From Planctomycetota bacterium (lineage in GTDB: Bacteria; Planctomycetota; B15-G4): a DNA stretch of 64,000 nucleotides. Under the pieces are notes generated by a model. It saw only the letters and a program-made list of their open reading frames with translations. It did no database searches and was not told the origin of the DNA. The stretch covers positions 2,432,001 through 2,496,000 of the forward strand of contig CBDFJQ010000002.1 of the NCBI GenBank assembly GCA_965248575.1, read 5' to 3'. This document shows, one piece after another, positions 50,378 to 58,865 of the stretch; position 1 is the stretch's first letter; the number at the start of each line of letters is the position of its first letter. The translations under genes and the position numbers were made by a program.

Positions 50378-51457
50378 GTGCTCGAGTTCGCGCCACTCCG
50401 GGAGTGGGCCGCAGTCTTGCGGCGCCATCGCATTGGGCGTCCCTTCCTCCTGCGGGCAGGCACCGGCCTCGCGCTGAGCACGGCGACCCTGCCGCTCCGT
50501 GTGTACGAAAGCCTGCGACACGGGCGGCGCCTGGCGGCGACACGGATCCACCCCTCACCGGTCTTCGTGGTGGGCTGCGCCCGCAGCGGTACCACGCATC
50601 TGCACAACCTGCTCTCACGAGACCCGCAGTTCGGGTACGTCACGAACTTCCAGGCCATGTTCCAGGCCTTCGCGCTGAGCGGCTCCCGCTGGCTCCAGCC
50701 ACTCATCGAACGCTTCGATCCACCGTCACGCCCCATGGACAATGTGACCTTGGACATGCGCGGCCCCCAGGAAGAGGACGTGGCCATCGCCAACTGTTCC
50801 CGGCACTCGGGGATCCACTGCAACACCTTCCCGCAAGACTTCCAGGCCCTGTTCCGCGACTACGTCCTCTGCGAGTTCGACGCGCCCACGCGCGCGGCCT
50901 GGAAGGCCGCCTTCCTGGGCGTCCTGCGCAAGGCCACCGATGCCTCGGGTGGCAAGCGCTTGATCCTCAAGAGCCCCACCAACACCGGCCGCCTCCCCGT
51001 GCTGCTGGAGATGTTCCCCGACGCACGCTTCATCCATATCCACCGCGACCCCTATCGGGTGTTCCAGAGCATCGCCAGCGCGGCGCGCAAGATCCTGCCC
51101 ATGCTGCAAATGCAGGAGCTCGACTGGGAGGAGGTCGAGGACAACTTCGTGCTCAGCTACCAGTCGATGATGGGCAAGTTCCTGAACGACCGCACGGCGG
51201 TCCCCGCCGGACAGATCGCGGACGTCGCCTTCGCCGATATCGAGACCCAACCGCTCCAGGAGCTGGAACGCCTCTACGCCGAACTGGACCTGGGTCATTA
51301 CCCCAGCGTCGAGCAGAACTTCAGGACCTACCTCGACTCCCTCGGCCACTACCAGAAGAACAGCTACGAACTCTCAGACGACGTCATCCAGCGCGTCACT
51401 CGAGACTGGGGTTTCGCCCTCGACGCCCTGGGCTACCCAAAGCGTGGGGGCGGCTAG
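50378..51457 (+). CDS. PAPS-dependent sulfotransferase family protein
   Basis: FVVGCARSGTTHL, RPMDN, PQEED, LKSP, HIHRDPY. Confidence 0.92.
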   Translation: MLEFAPLREWAAVLRRHRIGRPFLLRAGTGLALSTATLPLRVYESLRHGRRLAATRIHPSPVFVVGCARSGTTHLHNLLSRDPQFGYVTNFQAMFQAFALSGSRWLQPLIERFDPPSRPMDNVTLDMRGPQEEDVAIANCSRHSGIHCNTFPQDFQALFRDYVLCEFDAPTRAAWKAAFLGVLRKATDASGGKRLILKSPTNTGRLPVLLEMFPDARFIHIHRDPYRVFQSIASAARKILPMLQMQELDWEEVEDNFVLSYQSMMGKFLNDRTAVPAGQIADVAFADIETQPLQELERLYAELDLGHYPSVEQNFRTYLDSLGHYQKNSYELSDDVIQRVTRDWGFALDALGYPKRGGG

Positions 51458-51494
51458 GCGCCTGCGTTGTTTGGGCTGACGTTGTTGGCAGCGA

Positions 51495-51865
51495 GCCGGG
51501 GGCGTCTGAGTTTTTTGACCCTTGGTCTGCTGCTCAGACAACGAGGCGAACAGACGCCTCGAAAACTCGCCTCAGACCAAGGGTCAAAAAACTCAGCCGT
51601 CCCCTCCCCGGTGCAGAGCGTCGGCTCAGCGACGTAGGCACCTCGCCTCAGGGTGATTGATTCGTAGGGGCACGAGCAGTGTCAGCCCCGAAGCTTCACC
51701 AGCAATGCGGCTGTTGGAGTGGCCCCCTCGGCAAAGCGCCCGCGACTCTCCACCGGGGAGGGTGTCCCTTTTTGTGGACTGCAAATCTGAGGCGAGTTCT
51801 CGAGGCGTCTTTCCGCCTCGTTGTCTGAGCAGCAGATTTGCTGTCCACAAAAAGAGACACCCGGC
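51495..51865. repeat. Structured intergenic element: two inverted ~120-nt stem-loop units around a 127-nt spacer
   Basis: Unit 1 51495-51618 (24-bp perfect stem), unit 2 51746-51865 (30-bp stem, 2 mismatches), 43-nt cores 40/43 identical in inverted orientation. Confidence 0.9.
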
Positions 51866-51911
51866 ACGCCCAAGATCAGCGAACGCCCTGCAACACAAAC
51901 TCCAACAGCCC

Positions 51912-53096
51912 CTACCCCTCCCTTGCGTCCCAGGCCTTGAGCACCGTCTGCTCCATGTCGGCGGGCAGGCCGAAGCGCAGGTTCTTGCGACGGTCCTCCG
52001 GCAGGCTCAACCACCACTTGAGGGTGGCCGCCGCCGTGTCCTCGGGCGTGCGCGTCGTGAGCCCGGCCTTGATGGCACGCGCCGTGCTGACCTGCCCGAA
52101 GCCCTCGTAGCCGGGGAGCGTCGACGGCACCCAGGCCGTCATGTGCTGCCAGGGTTGCACCCCCTGGCCCATGAGGAAGTCCGTGTCAGCCCAGACGAGT
52201 TCGGCATCGGACTTCGTGGCTGCCAAGACGCCTTCCAGCATCGTGCGCATGGTCAAGCCCGCCTGCGGTGTGACGGCGTTGAACACGCCCGCCGTGCGTT
52301 GCTCGGCACAACGCACCGTCCACTCCGCCAGGTCTCGCACGTCGATGATCTGCGTGAAGTCGTCGCCGGTGCCTGGAGCGAGTACGCGCCCGCCACGCTG
52401 GATGCGGTCCACCCAGTAGGTGTAGCGGTCCGTGGTGTCTCCCTTGCCCACGATCAGGCCGGGGCGCACGTTGGCGACACGCCCGGGCATGAGCGCCTCG
52501 GCCTTCTGCTCACAGAGGGCCTTCAAGGCGCCGTAGCTCTCGTTGGTGACCTCCTCGAAGCTCTCGTCCTCGATCGTGGCGACGGGCGCGTCCTCATCCA
52601 TGCCCACATCGTTGCGCTCTCCATACACCGAGATGGTCGAGATGAAGGAGTAGTGCTGGATGCGGTCCTTCAAGCGCCCCAGCACCATGTCGACGACGCG
52701 CGGGTAATAAGCCGAGGTGTCCAGAACGGCATCCCACTCGCGGTCCGTGCCGAGGGCTTCGAGGTCCCTCGCCTCCTTGCGGTCCCCCTGCAGGGCCTCC
52801 ACCTTCTCGTACTGCTCCGTGAAGATGCTGGGCTTCGTCTTGCCCCGGTTGAACATGGTCACTTCGTGGCCGCGCTCAAGCGCCGCGTGAATCAGGTGCG
52901 GCCCGAGGAAACCCGTGCCACCCATGACGAGGATCTTCAGGGACTTGTCTGCCCGTCCGAGCGGCACGCGTGCAGCCGCGCTGAGCGGCGCCGCGAGACC
53001 GGAGGCCAGGGCTCCAGGGGCCAGCGAAACGGCCGCGGCGGCGGCGGAGGCTGTGGTCAGGAAGTCGCGGCGGGTCTTGCGAAAGGAGTGGGTCAC
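51912..53096 (-). CDS. NAD-dependent epimerase/dehydratase family protein with Tat-like signal
   Basis: TRRDFL, GGTGFLG, FNRG, YGALK, RPGLIVG, IDVRDLA. Confidence 0.92.
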   Translation of the reverse strand: MTHSFRKTRRDFLTTASAAAAAVSLAPGALASGLAAPLSAAARVPLGRADKSLKILVMGGTGFLGPHLIHAALERGHEVTMFNRGKTKPSIFTEQYEKVEALQGDRKEARDLEALGTDREWDAVLDTSAYYPRVVDMVLGRLKDRIQHYSFISTISVYGERNDVGMDEDAPVATIEDESFEEVTNESYGALKALCEQKAEALMPGRVANVRPGLIVGKGDTTDRYTYWVDRIQRGGRVLAPGTGDDFTQIIDVRDLAEWTVRCAEQRTAGVFNAVTPQAGLTMRTMLEGVLAATKSDAELVWADTDFLMGQGVQPWQHMTAWVPSTLPGYEGFGQVSTARAIKAGLTTRTPEDTAAATLKWWLSLPEDRRKNLRFGLPADMEQTVLKAWDAREG

Positions 53097-53099
53097 GGC

Positions 53100-54614
53100 T
53101 CAGGCTCCGTTGATTGGTTCGGATGCAGTTGAAGAGAGTTCGGCGAGGGTTTTCTGGCGGCGGCCCAGGTAGAGGCCAAGCACGACCCAGAGCACAGCGA
53201 AGGGGGCGATGACGACGGCCAAGCCGCCAAGGACCGAGCTGAAGATGGCGGGGATCTTGACCACCAGCATGCTGAGGCCTCCATCCGCGGCGGCACCCAC
53301 GGCATCGCCCGTGCGATACACGAAGGTGTCGATCAGGCTCTTGGCCTTGTACTTCTCGTCACGCGATACCACGGTGAACAAGGTCTCGCGGGCGGGACGA
53401 GCGATGGCGTACTTGGCCGCGCTGAAGACGGCCATGAGCACGGCGATGGCGATGAAGGCCTGGTCCGGGCTCATGCCCGCGCTGTCCCCCACGCCCATGG
53501 CGATCAATCCCACCGCAGCCAGGATGGGCAGCACGGCAAGCATGCGCCCCACTCCAAAGCGTCGGATCAGGCGCCCCGTGAGACCGAGCTGCACCAACAG
53601 CGTGGCGAACTGCGTGTAGAAGCCGATGTCCGCGAAGGCCTGGGTGCGAGAGGTCATGTCGTCCGTCATCTTGGTGACGATGCGCGCCTGAGCGAAGTAC
53701 AGGAAGGTCGCCACCACCGTCATCATCATGATGTACCCACAAACGCCTGCCAGGTAGGGCGAGTGCGTGACGGCTCGCAGGCCCTCCAGGGCACCGCTGG
53801 GGGCGGACCGGTCGTCGCGCTGGCTACGCGTCGCCGAGAAGCTGGCCAACATCGCTTCGACAGCGTACCCGCAGCCCGGACACGCACGGTCTAGGTCCAG
53901 GCCGCCGAGCGCCTGCGAGCAACTTGTGCAGCGCGTCTCGGGTGGCAGGCATCCTGCTGCGCGTGCCCCGGCCAGGAGGCTCGCCTCCCCATCGAAGCAG
54001 CGGGTCAGCCGCCAGCATGCGAAGACAGCCAGTTCGATGCAGAGGGCGGCGACAACCATCAAGCCCACATGACCGACGTCATCCACGGCGAAGCGCGTCA
54101 CCCTCAAGCCGAGCAATCCGCCGAGCGTTCCGCCGACCGCCACAACGGGAAAAATGCGCTTGGCCTGAGCAAGGCCGAAGCCATCGGCCATGAGCGTCCA
54201 GAACATGGTGGTGCAGAACAGATTGAAGACACTCAGCCAGACGAAGAACGTGCGCCCCGTCGCCACCCCCACCACATCGGGGAACCACGCCAGCAGACCG
54301 GCGAAGGCCAGCAGGTTCAGCACGAAGAAGTGGTAGACGAAGGGCAGTGACCTGCGGCGGTCCCAACGGCTGACGATGTAGCCGTAAATGGGGTTGACCA
54401 GCAGCATCACGGCCAGTGTGGCCATGAACAGCCAGCGCAGCTCACCCATGCCCCGCTCGACTCCCAAAGCCTCCCTCACCGGCCGGATCAGGAAGTACCC
54501 AAAGAGCACGAAGAAGAAGAACGCGCAGGCCCATGCCGCCTTGCGCCCCTCCCCGGGATGCAGGTTCAGCATGCGGAGAAGCGGCTTGGACGGGGGCGTG
54601 GAGAGCTCGGACAA
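53100..54614 (-). CDS. MFS-type NTP/NDP-exchange (AAA/Npt-like) transporter
   Basis: YFLIRPVREALG, WLSVFNLF, QAKRIFP, RPARETLFTVV, KYKAKSLIDTFVYRTGD; start 54614 (TTG) or 54572. Confidence 0.87.
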   Translation of the reverse strand: MSELSTPPSKPLLRMLNLHPGEGRKAAWACAFFFFVLFGYFLIRPVREALGVERGMGELRWLFMATLAVMLLVNPIYGYIVSRWDRRRSLPFVYHFFVLNLLAFAGLLAWFPDVVGVATGRTFFVWLSVFNLFCTTMFWTLMADGFGLAQAKRIFPVVAVGGTLGGLLGLRVTRFAVDDVGHVGLMVVAALCIELAVFACWRLTRCFDGEASLLAGARAAGCLPPETRCTSCSQALGGLDLDRACPGCGYAVEAMLASFSATRSQRDDRSAPSGALEGLRAVTHSPYLAGVCGYIMMMTVVATFLYFAQARIVTKMTDDMTSRTQAFADIGFYTQFATLLVQLGLTGRLIRRFGVGRMLAVLPILAAVGLIAMGVGDSAGMSPDQAFIAIAVLMAVFSAAKYAIARPARETLFTVVSRDEKYKAKSLIDTFVYRTGDAVGAAADGGLSMLVVKIPAIFSSVLGGLAVVIAPFAVLWVVLGLYLGRRQKTLAELSSTASEPINGA

Positions 54615-54784
54615 GAGGCGCTTGTGCCAGCTGGGGAGCGCAGAGGGCGTGCAGGATCGCGGCGAGGGTACCCGGCATTCCCGGGCGCTGCCTTGACGAT
54701 TCCGCGGCATGACAGCCCCGTTACTCCCAACAAGCCTGGTTTGGATGCGTGCCTCGAGCGGGGCCAGCACCGCACAATGCCGGC

Positions 54785-56110
54785 ATGAGCCCCTCGGAAC
54801 TCCAGCGCCCCTTGAGCCCGGCCGAGGTGGGCGCCTGGGTCATGGACAAGAGCGCATCCATGAATTACTGCCTCGTGGCGCGGGTGCGCGGCGGGCTTGA
54901 CCCGGACACCCTGCGCGTGGCACTGGACTCCGTCCAAGCCCGTCACCCAGCCCTGCGTGCGCGGGTGGACGAGCTGGAGGCTCAGCTCCAGTTCCGCTCC
55001 GGCGGCATCGGCGCCCTGCCCCTGGTGCAGGAGCGCGCCCCTGAGGACGGATGGTTACCGCACCTGGAGCGGGAGATCCACGCAGGCTTCCCTCCCGACG
55101 GCCCCCTGTTGCGTGTGCTCATGCTGCATCACGGTGACAACGCCTGCACGCTCCTGATGACATCCCACCACGTCATCGGCGATGGGCGTAGCGGCATCGT
55201 GTTCCTGCGCGACCTCCTGCAGTCGGCGAGTGCACAGCTCGCCGGGCTGTCGCCGGTGCTGCCGGAGCTCTGTGACGTGACGCCCATGGACGAGCGGCTC
55301 CCGGCCCATGCCCGGGGCCTGAGGGGGGTGCTCGGCAATCTGCGCTTCGTTCTACGTTCCCTGCTCGCTGCCAAGCGCCTGGGCTCGCCCATCAGCTTGA
55401 GGGTCGACCAGCCGCGCTCCGCGCACGAACGACGTACGCGCATCTGCCCTGTCGTGCTCGACGCGCAACGAACCAGACGTCTGCTCGACCGCTGCCGCGC
55501 CGAAGGCACCACGGTCCAGGGGGCCCTGGCTGCCGCCATGATCCTCGGCATCCTGCGCGACCACGACGTGAGCGGGCCAGTCCCGGTGAGTTTCGGCAAC
55601 CCCGTCGACATGCGTTCCAGCCTGGAGCCCGCCGTGGGCGACGTGCTCGGCTTCTTCGTCTCCATGGTGCCCTTCGAGGGGCGGGTGGCTGCGGACGACG
55701 ATCTCTGGGCACTTGCCAGGGGCGTTCGCGCAAACATCCAGCGAGCCTTGAAGAGGCGCGAAGAATTCGGCGTGCTGGCCATGTCGCCACGCCTCGTGGG
55801 CTGGTGTGGTGGAGGGCGGCTGTCTCCTGAAGCCTTCGCCGAAGCCTGGGAGAGCAAGGTGCACGGCACGGCTGGGCTCACGAACATGGGGCGGGCGGAT
55901 CTGCCGACGCAATACGGCCCCCTCTCGCTGGAGACCTGCCACTACGGCTTGTCCCCCTCCGTTCTGGGGCAGTTCACGGCCGTCGTCACGACCTTGTCTG
56001 GCCAGCTCTACTGGAACTTCTGTTGGCCAGATCCCACGCTCACGGAAGAGCACGCGGAGTCCCTCGTCCAAGGAATCCTCGCTGCACTGGACGCTGCACT
56101 GGACGCCTAG
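54785..56110 (+). CDS. Stand-alone condensation-domain/PapA5-like acyltransferase
   Basis: RHPALR, HHVIGDG active-site motif, PVDMR, LTNMG. Confidence 0.85.
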   Translation: MSPSELQRPLSPAEVGAWVMDKSASMNYCLVARVRGGLDPDTLRVALDSVQARHPALRARVDELEAQLQFRSGGIGALPLVQERAPEDGWLPHLEREIHAGFPPDGPLLRVLMLHHGDNACTLLMTSHHVIGDGRSGIVFLRDLLQSASAQLAGLSPVLPELCDVTPMDERLPAHARGLRGVLGNLRFVLRSLLAAKRLGSPISLRVDQPRSAHERRTRICPVVLDAQRTRRLLDRCRAEGTTVQGALAAAMILGILRDHDVSGPVPVSFGNPVDMRSSLEPAVGDVLGFFVSMVPFEGRVAADDDLWALARGVRANIQRALKRREEFGVLAMSPRLVGWCGGGRLSPEAFAEAWESKVHGTAGLTNMGRADLPTQYGPLSLETCHYGLSPSVLGQFTAVVTTLSGQLYWNFCWPDPTLTEEHAESLVQGILAALDAALDA

Positions 56111-56176
56111 CCCCTGCTCAGGTCCGTGCGCAGCCAGGCCGTAGCCCACCTCCAGCCTCGAACGCGAACGCCCCCG

Positions 56177-57745
56177 TCAGGGCGTGATGCCCAGCAACGC
56201 ATTGCTGGCCGAGAAGCCAAAGGGCCCCTGGGGATCCACGACCCAGAATTGGATGTAGACCTCGAAACCGGAGGGCACTCCCACGGGCCAGGTGTTGTTG
56301 AGCACCAACTCGCCGCTGCCGTTCGTGGGGAAGGGGCGGGCGAAGCCCGGCGGCGTGGCGATGTCGGGCACGAAAACGCCTCCCATGAAGGGGACATTCC
56401 AAGGCTGGACCCCCGCCGCGAACCAGGCCGTCGTGCTCTCCAACGCGTTGCTGAGCTCGAGGCTCAGGGGGTCCCCGCCTTCCAACCAGCCGTCGGCGCA
56501 CAGCAAGGGGTCGCCGTGGGTCCCGGGCGTCGCTTCGGCAAGGTCCTGCCAAGGTTGCCCGATCACCCGATAGACGCTCGTGTTGTCCGTGATGTAGAGC
56601 TCACCGTCCCCGCCTTCACAGACAGACAGGATGAACTCGAAGTTGCCGCTCGGGTCCAGCTCGGCTGTCAGCTCCCGGAAGTCGACGGCGACACCGCCCT
56701 GCTCCCGAAAAGACCAGATCCGGTTGGTGCACCAATCACCGAACACGAAGCGCCCTTGAAAGCCGTCGATCGCCGTGCCCCGATAAAGCGCACCACCTGA
56801 GATGGAGCACCCTTCTGTGTGAGCGTATTCATAGACCGGGGGCACGAGCGGCGTCGTCACGCAATCGCAATTCCCGTTCGTCACGCACAGCGAACCCTCG
56901 GCACAGTTCCAACCGAAGTTCTGCCCGCCACCGCTGCCTGCTGGCACGAGGTTTACCTCCTCCCGATCGAGGAGGCCCACATCCGCGATCCAGAAGTCGC
57001 CAGTGAGCTGATCGAAAGCCGCTCGATAGGGCTGCCGCAACCCCAACACCCAGGCCGCTTCCTCCCCGCCCTGGCCCACGAAGGGGTTGTCCGCCGGGAT
57101 GCCGAAGTCACGGTCGGGGTCTGCCGGATAGTCGTCCGTATCCACATCGATGCGCAGCGTCTTGCCCCAGGGCGAAGCGAGGGACTGCGAACGAGCCCCG
57201 CCCCCATCTTCGAAGCCCGAGGTGTGGCCGTCACCCAAGGGGATGTACAGGTAGCCGTCCGGGCCGAAGCCCAACCAACCGCCCAGATGATGGCCCGGAA
57301 GACCGGGATAGGGCAGCACCAGGATCTCCTCGCGACTCGTGGGATCCGCGACGTTCGGGTCGGCGCTGACGGTGTAGCGCGCGATGGTGAGTCGGTCGCT
57401 GCTGGCAGGCCCGCGCGGGTGGTGCACGTAGAAGTAGCCGTTGGTCGCGTAGTCCGGGTGGAAGGCGATGCCGAGCAGCCCGTTGAAGCCCTCTCCTGGA
57501 ACGAGCGCACTGAGATCCAGGAAGGGCGTGGGCTGCAGCACGTCATTCAGCGCTAGATGGATCAGCCCGCCCTTCTCCAGGATGAACAGGCGTGACGCGT
57601 CACCCGGTGCCTGGGCCACGAAGGTCGGTGAGGAGAGCCCCGAAAACAGGAGCTCGCTGCCCACGACCGCCTCTCCGGCCAGGGCTCGGGGCTGGGTGCC
57701 GAGTACGGCACCCAGAAGCAGCGCAAGCAGACCGATGACCCTCAT
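56177..57745 (-). CDS. Secreted PQQ-dependent sugar dehydrogenase-like (GSDH) beta-propeller with C-terminal SNALxxxTP domain
   Basis: GLLGIAFHPDY, HLGG.LGFGPDGYLY, IPADNPF, GLRQPY, ADVG, NFGW; SD GAGGAG before ATG 57745. Confidence 0.9.
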   Translation of the reverse strand: MRVIGLLALLLGAVLGTQPRALAGEAVVGSELLFSGLSSPTFVAQAPGDASRLFILEKGGLIHLALNDVLQPTPFLDLSALVPGEGFNGLLGIAFHPDYATNGYFYVHHPRGPASSDRLTIARYTVSADPNVADPTSREEILVLPYPGLPGHHLGGWLGFGPDGYLYIPLGDGHTSGFEDGGGARSQSLASPWGKTLRIDVDTDDYPADPDRDFGIPADNPFVGQGGEEAAWVLGLRQPYRAAFDQLTGDFWIADVGLLDREEVNLVPAGSGGGQNFGWNCAEGSLCVTNGNCDCVTTPLVPPVYEYAHTEGCSISGGALYRGTAIDGFQGRFVFGDWCTNRIWSFREQGGVAVDFRELTAELDPSGNFEFILSVCEGGDGELYITDNTSVYRVIGQPWQDLAEATPGTHGDPLLCADGWLEGGDPLSLELSNALESTTAWFAAGVQPWNVPFMGGVFVPDIATPPGFARPFPTNGSGELVLNNTWPVGVPSGFEVYIQFWVVDPQGPFGFSASNALLGITP

Positions 57746-58035
57746 GCCAAAACTCCTCACCTTGACGACCGTGCGTGGCTGCCCCTTCTAGCCCGGGCAC
57801 ATCCTCTAGCGGAGCACCTCAGGAGGGTTACGGGTCATCTTCACACGCAAAGCGCCTGGCAGGGCCACGCAGACCTGAGAGACGCACGGGAGCCATGCGG
57901 CCCCTGGTTCGCTCCCGGCAAAAAGCAGCGGGTCCGCGCACCGCCCGCCCGTATCATCCGGTGGTCCTGCGTCCGGGTCGCTGTGTCCAGCCCCGAGCCC
58001 CTTTGCTCCCAACACGAAGCACTACGAGAGCGAGA

Positions 58036-58665
58036 ATGACCATGCTGAGCCTTTCCAAGCCAAGGATTCGTCGCTGTCTGGGTGCCATGCTGCTCGCGCT
58101 CCTGCCCAGCCTGCTGCTCACGGCCTGCGCGACCGATCCCAGCCGCTTCTATGTTCTGAGCTCCGGCGCCGAGGAGATCCAAGGCGCAGAATCCGCCGCC
58201 TTCCTGGTGGGCCTGCATCCGGTGGACCTGCCTTCGGAGGTCGACCGCTCCCAGATGGTGTTCACCGTGGCGCCCCATCAACGCCAGATCGCCGAGTTCG
58301 ATCGCTGGGCGGGCTCGCTCAAGGAGCATGTGACGCGCGTGGTGCGCGACGGCCTGGAGGCCCACCTCGGAGCCAACAGTGTCTTCACGCTGCCCCGCCG
58401 ATCCTCCCCTCCCCTTGACTACAACCTGCGCATCGAAGTCATGGACATCGACGCCATTCTGGAGGATCGCTGCGCGCTGCGAGCGCAGTTCCACATCAGC
58501 GATGCCTCGGGAATCTGGCTGGCGTCCCACAGCTTCCGCACTGTGAGTGAGTCTCCCTCGGAATCGGCCGATGGCATCGCCGCTGCCCTGAGCGACAACC
58601 TGCAGACGCTGAACGAGTTCATCGCCATGACCTTGGGCGAGCTCCGCTCGGCGGGTACTCCCTAA
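58036..58665 (+). CDS. PqiC-like (ABC transport auxiliary) lipoprotein
   Basis: Lipobox LTAC, RFYVL, PVDLPSEVDRSQMV, RWAGSL. Confidence 0.82.
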   Translation: MTMLSLSKPRIRRCLGAMLLALLPSLLLTACATDPSRFYVLSSGAEEIQGAESAAFLVGLHPVDLPSEVDRSQMVFTVAPHQRQIAEFDRWAGSLKEHVTRVVRDGLEAHLGANSVFTLPRRSSPPLDYNLRIEVMDIDAILEDRCALRAQFHISDASGIWLASHSFRTVSESPSESADGIAAALSDNLQTLNEFIAMTLGELRSAGTP

Positions 58666-58865
58666 TTCCTCACTCGGGAGCCCGAGAGGCCCCAAGAACG
58701 CCATGAGCCGGGGGAGCTCTCGCGCCTGCGCCCTTCCGTGATGGCGCAGAGGGCAATGGTCACACTTGCCGCCCGGGCGGCCCTCTCATCCAGACACTCG
58801 CTCTTCGGGCCCTGCACATCACGGGATGTCGCTCGCCTGGGGTCAGGCCTGGTTGGGAGTCCGTC

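Noticed and set aside
51495..51865. CRISPR array or classical integron attC interpretation of the structured element
   Set aside because: Only two units, inverted rather than direct; no cas or integrase gene in the window; no RYYYAAC/GTTRRRY ends seen
56081..56106. 12-bp tandem GCTGCACTGGAC at a gene end
   Set aside because: Trivial two-copy coding duplication (AALD AALD)
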